A DNA stretch of 63,784 bases, the filler included, from Chiloscyllium plagiosum (Eukaryota): NCBI RefSeq assembly GCF_004010195.1. It is 4 parts of one record of this genome, joined end to end, with 100 filler letters (N's around TTAATTAATTAA, not from the genome) between each part and the next. Parts side by side here need not be neighbours in the genome. Positions count along the whole stretch, not along the records: positions 1 to 27,217 come from NC_057715.1; 3 more parts are not named here. One strand, written 5' to 3'. Below are positions 1-12,391 of this stretch, piece after piece. Positions within the stretch are counted from its first letter, which is position 1. Every line of letters starts with the position of its first letter. Both the position numbers and the translations under genes were made by a program. Under the pieces are notes generated by a model. It made no database searches. It was not told where the DNA came from and saw only the letters and a program-made list of their open reading frames with translations.

Positions 1-176
1 GGTACAATTGCAACATTTAAGAGGCATCTGGATGGGTATATGAATAGGAAGGGTTTGGAGGGATATGGGCGGGTGCTGGCAGGTGGGACTAGATTGGGTT
101 GGGATATCTGGTCGGCATGGACGGGTTGGACCGAAGGGCCTGTTTCCATTCTGTACATCTCTGTGACTCTATGACT
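1..176 (+). mobile_element. CR1 (HER1-like) LINE 3' terminal fragment
   Basis: Matches the 3' ends at 15220-15400 and 50750-50930 (GGTACAATTGCAACATTTAA...GGATATGGG...) and ends in a GACTCTAT-type tandem tail. Confidence 0.9.
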
Positions 177-194
177 CCCTTGTTCTACTGTCCG

Positions 195-645
195 GAAGTT
201 GAGATCATCCAAAACTCAGCTGGTTGTGCCCTAATCTGTGCTCTGACCTATTTTTTTTGCCATTCCTATACATCCCAGTAATGTCTCAACTTTAAAATTC
301 TTGTCCTTATTTTCCTATCCCTCCATTGCTTCCCTTTTTCTAAAATCTTCTTAAGGTCTATCGTGCTCTGATATCTGTTCCTCAAATTCAAGTTTCTTCA
401 GCATCCTCAATATTAATTACACTACTATTACTGCCTTCAGCTGCCAAACCCCTAAGTTCTGGAATTTCCTCTCTAAATATCTTTGCTTCACTTTAAGACA
501 TTACTTAAAACTTACCTCCTTGTTCAACATTTTGACCACTTGCTGTAATATCTTACTGTGCATTCTGAGGTAAAATGTTATTTGAGTACCTTGCAATATT
601 TTACAACTTTAAGTACGTTATATAAATACAACTTATTGTTGTTCT
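195..645 (+). mobile_element. old L2-like LINE 3' fragment
   Basis: Degenerate RT C-terminal-like sequence (ATCCAAAACTCAGCTG...TTTAAAATTCTT) ending in a TATATAAATACAA-(TTG)n tail; similar to 30085-30690. Confidence 0.45.
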
Positions 646-1176
646 TACAAAGCTTCATGTGTGAAATAATACTGATCTAATGCCACGGTGTACGTTCACA
701 TGCCCCAATTTTAATGTCACTGTGAGATCAAAATGTAGCCAGCATTTACAGTGTAACCCAAACTGCATTACACGCTTTCGTTAAAATGGATCCTTTGTGC
801 TAATTTAAGTGAGTTATTGTGATTGTCTTGTTTCAGTTGCTTTGAAATTCAGTATGTTGAAAAGAAATTGGAATTACAATCCATACTGTAAAACAATTGA
901 TTAGCATTCTATGCAATTAGCTAACTGGCTTTAGGTTGCTCTGAGTTCACTTCTAGATGTGTAGTTCCTGTAACACAGTTTGCCCTGACAACAGAACCAT
1001 TAACAATTTTACATATTTATGAAGAAAGAGCAAAGCCACTGTTTGTTTTTGACATTGCTCACATGCGTTTGTTCATACCTCCCATTTTCATTCCAGGAGA
1101 GATGCTCGAGTGGGGTTACTGAAAGTTGATTGTTATTGAAACTTCAAATTTTGACCTGTTATTTAAGGCTGAGAGG

Positions 1177-1380
1177 AGAAAGTGAGGTCTGCAGATGCTT
1201 GAGATCAGAGCTGAAAATGTGTTGCTGGAAAAGCGCAGCAGGTTCAGGCAGCATCCAGGGAACAGGAGAATCGACGTTTCGGGCATAAACCTGAAGAAGG
1301 GCTTATGCCCGAAACATCGATTCTCCTGTTCCCTGGATGCTGCCTGACCTGCTGCGCTTCTCCAGCAACACATTTTCAGC
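1177..1380. mobile_element. Palindromic Penelope-like terminal-repeat (pLTR) insertion
   Basis: Arms ~1210-1288 and ~1302-1380 are near-perfect reverse complements. Flanked by direct repeat ATTTAAGGCTGAGAGG (1161-1176 / 1381-1396). Same family as 17399-18054, 60875-61078 and 61420-61663. Confidence 0.85.
1287..1322 (+). ncRNA. Minimal type I hammerhead ribozyme motif (PLE-associated)
   Basis: CTGAAGA (1291-1297), stem II GGGC-TTAT-GCCC, GAAA, then C-ATC (cleavage triplet AUC; other copies have GUC). Confidence 0.7.
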
Positions 1381-1445
1381 ATTTAAGGCTGAGAGGCAGA
1401 CATAAATGAGAGTGAATAATAGCAGCATTTGTCAGATCTTGTTGC

Positions 1446-3248
1446 AGAGTCATAGAGTTATTCAGCAAGGAAACAGGTCCTTAGTCCAAACCATTCATGC
1501 TGACCAGTTTTCCTAAACTAATCTAATCCCAGTTGCCAGCATTTGGCCATATCCTCTCTAAATCCTTCCTATTCACATACCCATCCAGATGCCTTTTAAA
1601 TCTTCTAATTGTACCAACCTCCACTGCCTTCTCTGGCAGCTTGCTCTATACACACATCATCATCTGTGTGAAAAAGCTGCCCTTCAGGTCCCTCTTAAAC
1701 CTTTCTCTCTCACCTTAAACCTATGCCCTCTGTTTTGGACTCCTCACCCTGAGAAAACGTTCTTGACTATTCACCCTATTCACGTCCTTCATATTTTGCA
1801 AACCTTTTGAAGGTCACCCTTCAGCTTTCAGGTAAAAAATGTTCCCGCCTATTCAACATTTCCCTCTAGCACAACCCTCCAATTCCAGCAACATCCTTAA
1901 ACATCTTTTTGAAATCCTTTCAAGTTTAACAACCTCCTTCCTATAGCAGGGAGACCAAAATTGAATGCAGGATTCTAAAAATGACCTCACCATGTCCTGT
2001 ACAGCCATAACATGATGTCTGAAATCTATACTGAATGCACTGACCAATAAATGCAAGTGTGCCGAACACCTTCTTCACCACGCTCTCTCCCTGTGACTCC
2101 ATTTTCAAGGAACTATGCATCTGCACCCTAAGGTCTCTTTGTTTGGCAACATTCCCCAGGGCTCTACCATTAAATGCATAAGTCCTGCCCTGGTTTGCCT
2201 TCCCAAAATGCAACACCTCACATGTATTTAAAATAAAATCCACCTGCCACTCCTTGACCCATTTGCCCATGTGATCAAGGTCCCATTATACACTATGATA
2301 ATCTTCTTCACTGTCCACTACACCAAAACGTTTGTTTTCATCTGCAAAGTTATTAACCATGCCTCCTATATTCACATCCAAATCATTTATATAAATGATG
2401 AAAAACTGTGGACCCAGCACCAATCCTGCAGCACATTACTGATCACAGGCCTCCAGTCAGAAAAACAGCCCTCTACCACCACCATCTGTCTCCTACCTTC
2501 AAGCCACTTTTGTATACGAATGGCTAGCTCCCCTGGATTTCCATGTAATATAAACTTCCTAACTAGTCTACAATGTAGAACCTTGTCAAATGCCTTGCTG
2601 AAGTTCATATAGGTAATGCTGACTGCTCTGCCTTCATTAATCTTCTCTTCAGAAAACTCAGTCAAGTTAGTGAAACATGATTTTCCACACACAAAGCCAT
2701 GTTGTCTATTCCTAATCAGTCCTTGCCTTTCCAAATGCAAGTAAATCCCATCCCTCAGAATCCGGTCCAACAACTTAACCACCACTGACATTAGACTCAC
2801 TAGTCCATATTCCATGGCTTTCCTTTGCCATCTTTCTCAAAAAATGGCACCACATTAGTCAACCACAAGTCTTCTGGCACCTCACCCATGAATGTTAATA
2901 AAGTAAGTATCTCAGCAAGGGCCCAACAATTTCTTCCTTAGCTTCCCACAAAGTTCTGGGATGCAGCTGATCGGTTTCTGGAGATTTATCTATCTTTCTG
3001 CATTTTCAGATCTCTAGCACCTCCTCTCCTGTAATATGAACACTTTTCAATACATCACTATTTATTTCTCCAACTTTCCTAGCTTCAATGTCCTTCTCCA
3101 TAATAAATACTGATGCAACATATTCTTTCAATCTCTCACCTATCTCCTGTGGTTGTACATGTAGATGGTCTTGTTGATCTTTAAGGGGTCTATTCTCTCC
3201 CTAGTTACTCTTTTGCCCTTAATGTATTTGTAGAATCTCTTTGGATTT
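1446..3248 (-). mobile_element. CR1 LINE, 5'-truncated, degenerate ORF2 RT
   Basis: ORF fragments QHGFVCGKSC, MNFSKAFDKV, CEVLHFGKAN, QFWSPCYRKEV; CR1 3' UTR and CTCTATGACTCT tail at 1446. Confidence 0.95.
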
Positions 3249-3446
3249 TACAGGAAATTCAAAAATAACTACAACCAGTAATTGCATTTATTTGATCTAT
3301 TTTGAATCCAAAGAAAAGTAAAGCTTGATCATTTTGTTTTTGAGTTGTGTCACCATTTCTCTTATGAATGTGTTAACTTCAGTTCCTTAGATGTCAGTGG
3401 AATGTTCCACATTGCCATTCAATATGAATAAGCCTTTAGATATTTG

Positions 3447-4723
3447 TTGTGGTTCTGTTTGCTGAGCTGGGATTTTTTGTTGCAGACGTTTCGTCCCCTG
3501 TCTAGGTGACATCCTCAGTGCTTGGGACCCTCCTGTGAAGCACTTCTGTGATGTTTCCTCCGGCGTTTATAGTGGTTTGAATCTGCCGCTTCCAGTTGTC
3601 AGTTCCAGCTGTGCGTTGCAGTGGTCAGTATATTGGGTCCAGGTCGATGTGCTTATTGATTGAATCTGTGGATGAGTGCCATGCCTCTAGGAATTCCTTG
3701 GCTGTTCTCTGTTTGGCTTGTCCTATAATAGGACTAGCCACACGACCACACATCAAGAGCATTTCCGAACTGACAGCCAGANNNNNNNNNNNNNNNNNNN
3801 NNNNNNNNNNNNNNNNNNNNNNNNNNNNNNNNNNNNNNNNNNNNNNNNNNNNNNNNNNNNNNNNNNNNNNNNNNNNNNNNNNNNNNNNNNNNNNNNNNNN
3901 NNNNNNNNNNNNNNNNNNNNNNNNNNNNNNNNNNNNNNNNNNNNNNNNNNNNNNNNNNNNNNNNNNNNNNNNNNNNNNNNNNNNNNNNNNNNNNNNNNNC
4001 TGCAGTGTGTTGTGGCCCTTTTGAATAGTGTCTTGATGCAACTTCCTTTGTGTGTGTTGGGGTGGTTAGTTTCGTAGTTCAGGACTTGGTTTGTGTGTGT
4101 GGCTTTCCTGTATACCTTTGTGGTGAATTCTCCATTCGGTGCTCTCTGTACCATTACATCTCGGAATGGGAATTGGTTGTCTTTTTCTTCCTCTCTAGTG
4201 AATCAGATTCCTGTGAGTGTGGCGTTGATGGTCTGGTGTGTGTTCTCTATTTCTGTGTTTTTAATGATTACAAAGGTGTCATCCACATATCTGACCCAGA
4301 GTTTGGGTTGAATTTGCGGTAAGACTGTTTGTTCTAATCTTTGCATTACCGCTTCTGCTATGAGTCCAGAGATGGGTGAGCTCATAGGTGTGCTGTTGAT
4401 TTGTTCATATATTTGGTTGTTGAATGTGAAGTGTGTTGTGAGGCACAGGTCCAGTAGTTTGAGTATGCTGTCTTTGGTTGATAGGTTCAACGTCCTGTTG
4501 TCTGTTCTGTATGTCCAGCAGGTTGGCTATTGTTTCTCTGGCTAGGATTTTGTCGATAGAGCTGAACAGTGCCGTTACATCGAATGAGACCATGGTTTCT
4601 TCCTTGTCTATGTGTATATTTTTGATGATGTCCAACAATTCCTGTGTTGATTGTATAGAGTGTCTGGATCCGCTGATCAGGTGTTTCAACACCTGAGCTA
4701 CAAATCTTCTCACAAACTTTGAA
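3447..4723 (-). mobile_element. Penelope-like retroelement (RT + GIY-YIG C-terminus + pLTR), gapped
   Basis: MVSFDVTALFSSI, PMSSPISGLIAE, WVRYVDDTF, VYRKATHTNQVL, KEFLEAWH motifs; 14-bp direct repeat CCTTTAGATATTTG at 3433-3446 and 4724-4737. Confidence 0.92.
3481..3521 (-). ncRNA. Type I hammerhead ribozyme motif in PLE pLTR
   Basis: Minus strand reads GCA-CTGAGGA-TGTCACCTAGACAGGGGAC-GAAACGTC-TGC: core boxes intact, stem I GCA/TGC, GUC triplet. Confidence 0.8.
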
Positions 4724-7039
4724 CCTTTAGATATTTGCTGTCATTTTTAATGTACAGTATCATTGCTCAACTTGACCCTTTTTTCAATTGGTATTTATGT
4801 TGTAATCCTACCCTCAAAACTCACTAAGTAGTGATCAGGAGTTAGAGTTTGGCTTGATCTCTTTCCTAATTGCCATTCCTTAGTTCAGGCTGTTGAGATA
4901 AATTGTCATCTTCCTCCTGCCGGATCTAATTATCATGAATTAACTCAGCAAAACTTTTTTTTTGCTGTTAATCCATATATTTATTAGGCTAGTTGGATAT
5001 TGCAAAATTGAGGTTGATGTATATTTTTGATACAAGGCTGTGAAAGATTACGAACCAATGTAGATTGGCCATGCAATTGAAAGGCAGGACAGATTTAAGG
5101 AAGCAAATATCTTACTCCTACCATTATATTCTTAGTAGCATGTCAAGTCATGACTTTACTCATTAACCCATTAGACAACCAAGTCACGCAAAAATACCTT
5201 CATGAAGCCTTTTAATCACTTGGAGCCTCTATTGATTCTAACTAAATCTAAGATTTTGTGCAGTATACATCATTACTTTGGTAAATACAATATTCAAAAC
5301 TTATTAACTCAAAATTGATTTTTATGCTAAGAAAACTAAATTATCCAGCAATTAAGTGGAATGACTTTGAGTCAAAAAAGAAAATATTATGGTTTTTGTT
5401 GAAGGGTAGTTCAGCTGATAGTCAAGTGTTTAACTGAATGAGCAATTGACTTTAAACTGTAATTACGGATTTGAATCACTTGAACTCATTTACCTGGATT
5501 AAGTCAATTTTTGCCAGTCAGTCAAGACATGAAAGGAAAATATGTTGTGAGAAACAGAAGTTACTGTCTGTCTTGGAATAAAACTCCCTCACAGACAATG
5601 ACAGAACAGACTTGACAGAAGTCATGTGAATGTCTGTGATCTTCCCATCTGGCCTCATGTGATGAGCAGGCTGCATGATGGGAGAGGTTACATGTAGAAA
5701 CAAAAATATTTAAAGCTCATTCTCAGCTGTATTAATATATTTTTAAATAATATTTTTAAATACTTAATTTTTTTAAGATAAAGAAAATAGACAGATGCAT
5801 CCCATTGCTTTACCCAATTGCATTGGTTCATTGAAGAGTTTACATTTGTGGTTGTTGAACTGAATATGAGTGGAAACTGGAACCAAACCATTATCTCAGA
5901 AAAGTAATGAGATTTATGTCCAGATTATCCAGTCACCCAAAGCTGGAACTCTTCCCCATTATATTTAGTGACTTTTCTTATTAAGAATATTGTCAATGAA
6001 CCATATCATTAGCCTTTTACTATTATTAAGAATGACAGAACAATTTAAGTTCAGAACAATTTAATGATTAGATTCAGGACCTACCTTTGCAAATTTCAAT
6101 TGCAGATATTATTTGAAGGAATGCATTTGTATCCTGTTGTCTGTACACTGTGGCTGTCATTGCCATGAGACTTCTAATGTTGTTGCTTTCTATATTGTGG
6201 CATGAAGGTAGAAGTCATAAAATGGACATTGTGTCAGAAGTGTGTAATTGTGTGGACGTTGACAACTGTAAGACAGTCAGTTACTGTAAGAAACAGCAGA
6301 CTGCATTAAGCTGAGAATCTGCATAGATCGAATGTATCTCCGTATGACATTGAAAAGGCATCATTGCTCCATGTCAACTACTGAATAAATTTTGCCATAA
6401 ATTGCCATAAATCTCCTTCCAATGTAACTGTTTCTTTAGATTCAGCAGCTTAAACTGACCAGTAGCTCTGAACAGCCATTTTGCTAAAACCAAACAAACC
6501 AAAGAAAAGCTGAGCTGGGAGAACTGGCCACTCCCCTTTCATTTTACAAGTGTTTTTTTAAAACTTAAAAGCTTCGTCAAGTAGATAGATCTAGACATCT
6601 CAGCAACTCTACCTCGTTACAACACTTTTGAAAAAAAACATGGACAACACAAACTTGTTAGCAGAGCGGCATCATCATAATTCTGAGGGCTCAGCAAGTG
6701 TACCAATGCTAGTAGCATGAGTTAGTTTTTTTAAAACTTAAAAACTTCTTCAAGTAGATCAGACTAGACATCTCGACAACTCTGCCTTGTTACAACACTT
6801 TTGAAAAAACCTAAAGACAGCACAACTTTGTTAAGGGAGCAGCATCGTCTCACCTCCCCACTTAACAAAAAACCATCAACATCTAAAGATGGCTTCATTT
6901 TAAAACCCCGTAATCTTACACTGTTAGTACAATACAACACCCATGTACATTACATTGACTATAAACATGCAAACTTGCACTACTACTTTCTGTTTTAGTC
7001 TGTTTTATTCCTGCCACCAAATGCCTCTGTTTCTCATCC

Positions 7040-10000
7040 AAGCCTCGACAATGCATCAGTAATCACATTTTCTCATCCTGCCACATGCACAACCTTCAAA
7101 TTGAATGGCTGTAACAATAAGCTCCACCTAAACTGTCTGGCAATTTTTTTGTCCTCGAATCTCTCCACAAACTTCAACAGGTTGTGATCAGTGTATATGA
7201 TTGTCCTAGATACATTACTAGTAACATAAACATTGAAATGTTGTAAAGCCAGCACCAAGCTCAAAGTCTCCTTCTCAACCTGCTGATGAATTTTCAATTT
7301 TCTGGAGAAATACCCAATAGAACTTTTTATCTTCTCTTTGTCTTCCTCTAAGAGCACAGCATCGACACCCACATCACTCGCATAGATAGCCACCTTGAAT
7401 GGCTTTGCATAATTAAGTGTAGCTAATACTGGGGCAGTGGTTAACACAGATTTCAGGCTGTCAAATGACCTTCTAACCATCTGCCATCCACTGAAACCTC
7501 TTGCTTTTCTTTAGCAATTCAGTGAGTAAAGCAGCCACACTGCTAAACATTTGGTATGGATTTCTGATACAATCCACTCAATCCCAAGAATTGTAGTGCT
7601 GCTCTTTTTGCCGATGGAATGGGACACTCCCCAATTAACTTTGTTTTTGCATTTTGTGGAACCATTTTCCAAGTCCACTAGCATGGCCCAGGAAGATGAC
7701 TTGGGATTTGGTAAATTCACTTTTAGCCAGGTTTATTAGCAAGCCTGCCTTCCAATCTTGATCGAACAATTCCGGTAAGTGTTGCAAGTGTTCCTTCCAC
7801 GTGCGATTAAAAGTTACCAGGTCAGCTATGTATATGACACAATCTGGAAATAATCTAATTGGTTAGTCTCTGAATGGTGGCAGGTGCACCTTTCATATCA
7901 AATGGCATAACTTTAAATTGATACAGTCCATTCAGGATTACAACAGCTGAAACTGTCTTCGTTCTTTCAGACAAAGGTATCTGCCAGTATCCTATGAGCA
8001 ATTCCAACTTAGAAATATAAGTTGTTTGTCTCATCTTTTCAACACAGTCTTCTAAACATGGAATCAGATATACATCGGTCTTTGTAACTGTATTGATTTT
8101 GCAAAAGTCCACACATAACTGTTGGGCAGTATCTGGTGTTGGCACAATTGCTATGGGTGAGCTCCAGTCCCTGTAACTCACTAAGATTATGCTGTCTTGA
8201 AACATGCATTCAACCTCCTTTTAAACTGGTGGCAAATTTAGAGGGTTATGCCTATCAGGATGTTGCTTAATCGGAACAGCATCTCCTATATCTATATCAT
8301 GCATAATTAGATTAGTACTTCCCAGCTTATTTCCACATATCTTCCCATGCAATAGCAATAACTCTTTCAGGTTATTTTCATTTTCCTCTGTAAGGCAATT
8401 CAATAATTTATCCCAATTTTTGATAACTTCCTGATTGTCCAATTTAATTTGAGGAATGTCCAATTCAGAATCCTCTGAACTTAGTTCTTCATTCTGTGTT
8501 GTAACCAATCACACAATTTCCTTTTGCTTTCCTTCCCTGTAAACATACCTTTGAGCATATTCACATGACACACTGTGAGATTTCTTTCTGTCTGGAGTCC
8601 TTATCAAATAATTCACCTCACTCAATCTCCTTTTGACTTGATAAGGTCCAATATACCTTGCTTTTAAAGGTTCACTTGTGTAACACTAACATCTTATCTC
8701 CAATGGCAAAATTGTGAGTTTTTGATTTCTTCTCTGCATCCCATTTCATTATATGCTGTGATATTTTTAAATACTGTCTAGCTAATCCCCTTGCTCTATT
8801 TAATTATGCCCTAAAATCTGACAGATAGTCCAAATATGTGGTCTCTGAATTCTGACTTACCAATTTCTCCTTAATCAATTTTATCAGTCATCTCTCTTCA
8901 TGACCAAACACTAATTCAAATGGACTGAATTTGGTTGATTCATTTGACACATGTCTAATGACAGAAAGTTAAAATGGAATTCCTTTATCCCAATTATCTG
9001 GATAGTCTTGACTATAAGCCCTCAAAATGGTCTTTAATGTCTGATACCACCTTTCTAGAATTTCCTGCGATTCTGGATGGAATGCAGTAGATTTGAATTC
9101 TTTTATTCCTAAGCTGTCCATAACTTCCTTGAATAATTTTGATTTAAGGTTTGACCCTTGATCCAATTGTATCTCTGTAGGTAGTCTGTATCTCATGACA
9201 AATTTGAATGACTCCTCTCCAATCCTTTTAGAAGTAATATTGCATAATGGAACAGCCTCTGGAAATCTAGTGGACACATCCATTATTGTTAACAAATAGT
9301 GATTCCCAGTCTTTGATTTCAATAGGGGTCCTATGCAAACAATTAAAAGGTTCTTCAAATGCAGGAATGGGTATTAAAGGTATAGGTTTTATTACTGCCT
9401 GTGCTTTTCCAATTACCTGACATGTATGACATTTCTAGCAAAATTCACCTACATCCTTGTGCAGTCCAGGCCAGTAAAAGTATTTTTGTATTTTAGTTTG
9501 GTTTTTTCTTACCCCAAATGTCTTCCTACTGGTAGTTCATGTGCTACCCACAACACCTTCTTTTCTATAACCCACAATACAACTTGATGAACTTCTGCCC
9601 ATTTCTCATCTGCATGAATATATGATGGTCTCCATTTCCTCATTAAGACATCATGTTTAAGATAGTATCACACCAGGATACACATAGATTCTTACACCGT
9701 ATATGCTTTTAGATACAATTGGTTTAGTTTCTCATCTTTCTGCTGTAACTCAGTTCATTTCTCTGAAATAAAGATGTCTGCTTTGTGCTCTATTTGCTCC
9801 TGTTTTGTGTCAACCATTTGATCAAACAGGGTCTCTGCTAATTCCACTTCAACTTTGTTATCAGTACTCTTTGATCTCTTTTGTTTCAACTGGTGACTTT
9901 GCGACCTTGTTACCACACAATCCAGAAAAATTACAGGATATATGTGTTTTAATAGTTCAACTGCCTGAGTTTCTACTGGCTTTTCAACCACAGTAGGCAG

Positions 10001-10330
10001 CACTCCTACCTGTGGACCAGCTATATTATTAACAAGGACAAATTATATTCCTGGAGCTGAGAGTTTGTCCAGTACTCCCACCATGACTTCTCCATTCCTC
10101 ACTGGGCACTCTAACCTCACTCTACATAACTGAGCGCTTGTTGTCACACCATGAAGTCCCATTCCTTGCACTTCTCCTGCCAATAGTCCTTCTGAGGTAC
10201 ATATCTCCACATCTTTCTACATCAAGAATTGCGAGGATCCTGTATCTCTTAATATTGCAACCTCTTTACCTGCTGCTCCTGGCCTATGTGAGTCAACTTT
10301 ACCTTTGCAGGTATATGTTTTAAGAAGACC
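7040..10330 (-). pseudogene. pol pseudogene PR-INT-RT-RH
   Basis: ILRDTGS; LLTIMDVSTRFPEAVPL...DQGSN...FHPESQ; WSSPIAIV...LCVDFCKIN...GYWQIPL...MPF; catalytic YIDD mutated to YIAD; ASDVGVDAVL...YTDHNLL. Confidence 0.9.
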
Positions 10331-11690
10331 TGGCACTTCCTCCTTAATCAACTCTGACTAGGTTGTACACTCTGGTGTTCCTTTCTAGCCTCCGTTACCA
10401 CTCCAAAATAATTCATTGGCGTATCCTGTTTTCCTACATCTGGTTTCCCAGTGCTTTTCCTAACCCACCAACACTGTGAATTCATGTGGTCTACTTTATT
10501 GCAGCGAAAATATGGGAGCTTTTTAACTTCTCTTTCCCCTTCAAGGGTTTCCTTTTTATCCTGTGGTAAGTTATCCTTATGATCTTCACTGAGGTCCACC
10601 TTTTCCTTTCCATGTGAGGATTTCTCTTTACCCCAATTTCTATCCCTCAGATTGAAATTGATGTTTGAATCCTTACTTTGATTATGAACCAACTCCCAAT
10701 CATCAGCCATTTCAGCTGCTAATCTAGCCATTTTAACTCTCTGCTCTTCCACATGAGTTCTACCTCACAAAGAGAATTTTTGAACTCCTCCAAAATAATT
10801 ATCTGAGTATTAGAGGTTTACTCTATTTTTAATGCCCTCAAATTACTTTGATCCTTTCAAACTCAATGTAGGTGGGACCAGGGTCCCTCCTTAAATTCCT
10901 GAAACATTGTCTGTAGGTTTCTGGCACAAGCTCACATGCACTTAAGATGGCTTTCTTCACCTCCTCATACACCCTAGATACCTCCCCTGATAGCAATGCA
11001 AATACCTCACTGGTTCTACCTACAAGTTATATTTGGATCAACAAAACCTACATGGTCATTGGCCACTACATTTGTTTAGCCACCTTTTCAAATAAGATAA
11101 AAAAGGCCTCCACATCCTTCTCATCAAATTAGGCAATGCTTGAATATATTTAAACAGATTCTCACCAGGCCTTTGGCTGCTATGGGTTTGCTCATTCTCC
11201 TCTTCATCATTAAGCTTACCTTTAACCTTCATCTCCATCCTTTTAAGCTGACTTTCCTATCGAAGTGCCAATTTCTGAAGTTCAAATTCCCTCTCTTTTT
11301 CTCTCTCTTCTATTGCTCTTTCCCACTCTTCTCTCTTTTTCTTCTGGTTCTGCTAAAGCGATTTGCTCTTTTTCTCTTTCCTCTGCTTTTCATCGTAATT
11401 CAGTTTCATTTCTTTTTCCCTTTCCTTTTCTTTTGCATCTAAATCAAGCTGTTTCATTTTCAACTGAATTTCAGCCATTTCCAAAGATTCTGGTGGCATT
11501 TCCAGCAAATGTAGATACTGAGTTATTGCTGTAATTATCTCTCCTTTTCTCGTGGAAGGAGGCAGCTCCAACTCCACCTTGACTGCGGACTCTAGCAGCG
11601 TTTTCTTGTTCACCTTTTGTAAAGCCCCCAAATTCACTTCTTCCACCTCCAGAAAACTGTGACCAAAAGAGCCATTGTTATCCCAAGCGC
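10330..11690 (-). pseudogene. gag pseudogene (coiled-coil N-terminus, capsid/SCAN-like region, zinc knuckle)
   Basis: Frameshifted ORFs 11353-11736, 11056-11238 and 10348-10752, containing RLAAEMADDWELVH and YFRCNKVDHMNSQC. Confidence 0.75.
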
Positions 11691-11792
11691 TGTTTAAACC
11701 AACTGAAATCAACACCCAGAACAAAAACACTATCACTTACCAATCAGTACCTTAGATTCCAGCAACGTAATCCCAAATTGGAATTAAAGAAC

Positions 11793-11808
11793 AAATCCCG
11801 CAAAGAGC
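11793..11808 (-). promoter_or_regulatory. Degenerate primer-binding site, tRNA-Pro-like
   Basis: Plus strand AAATCCCGCAAAGAGC resembles the tRNA-Pro 3' end AAATCCCGGACGAGCCCCCA and abuts the LTR; terminal TGG lost. Confidence 0.5.
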
Positions 11809-12391
11809 TGTTATGGACAAGGCCAGACCCCCTTAAAACATTTCAAGAAGGTAGCCCAGACTCTACCTTTTCTAGTTGTTTTAAGCAGGTGTAGAGTGGA
11901 TTTTCCTGGAGTGATGCAGCCGGCCCAACCACTTAGTTTCTAACAAAACAGAATTAATTTACAAGATTACCAAATGAAACACAAACAAATGAGAACAGAA
12001 TATAGAATAAGTGCTTAAAAACTCAATCGACTTGCAACATCTCCATAAATGCCCCCTTGGCAAAAAGATAAAATCAGACACAAGTTCTTACAGAGAACTA
12101 TCAGAGAGATTTAACATAGAACCTTCTTCCATTGTAGCTGTTTAGTTGGATTCACCAGTTCCAACTGACCAGCAGCTTTGAACAGCTAGACTGCTAAAAC
12201 CAAAACAAACCAGAGAAAAGCTGAGCTGGGAGAACTGGCCACTCCCCTTTCATTGTACACATGTTTGTTTTAAAAGTTAAAAGCTTCTTCAAGTAGATAA
12301 ACCCAGACATCTCGGTAACTCTGCCTCGTTACAACACTTTTGAAAAAATACAAAGACAACACAAACTTGTTAGCGGAACAGCATCGTCATA
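11809..12391 (-). repeat. 5' LTR of Gmr1-like element
   Basis: Ends ...TGTCCATAACA on the minus strand; homologous to 6410-6679, 6727-6852 and the solo LTR at 22554-23174. Confidence 0.85.

Larger units (their letters stand above)
6410..12391 (-). mobile_element. Degenerate Gmr1-like Ty3/Gypsy LTR retrotransposon (gag-PR-INT-RT-RH)
   Basis: 5' LTR 11809-12391; PBS-like 11793-11808; gag with decayed CCHC knuckle; PR ILRDTGS 10235-10255; integrase 8969-9560; RT 7800-8205; RNase H 7073-7480; PPT 6853-6863; 3' LTR starting TG at 6852. Confidence 0.9.

Noticed and set aside
1177..1380. DNA-transposon MITE interpretation of the hairpins
   Set aside because: Arms are asymmetric, apices differ between copies, TSDs are 14-16 bp, and the sequence carries a PLE-type hammerhead and continues into a longer pLTR at 61420-61663
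1116..1382. Repeated small ORF family MLKMCCWKSAAGQAASREQE (also 60906-61223 and 61392-61580)
   Set aside because: Chance translation of the PLE terminal repeat; appears on both strands only because of the palindrome
11140..11534. Hydrophobic 'membrane protein' ORFs
   Set aside because: Antisense of the Lys/Glu-rich gag coiled-coil region
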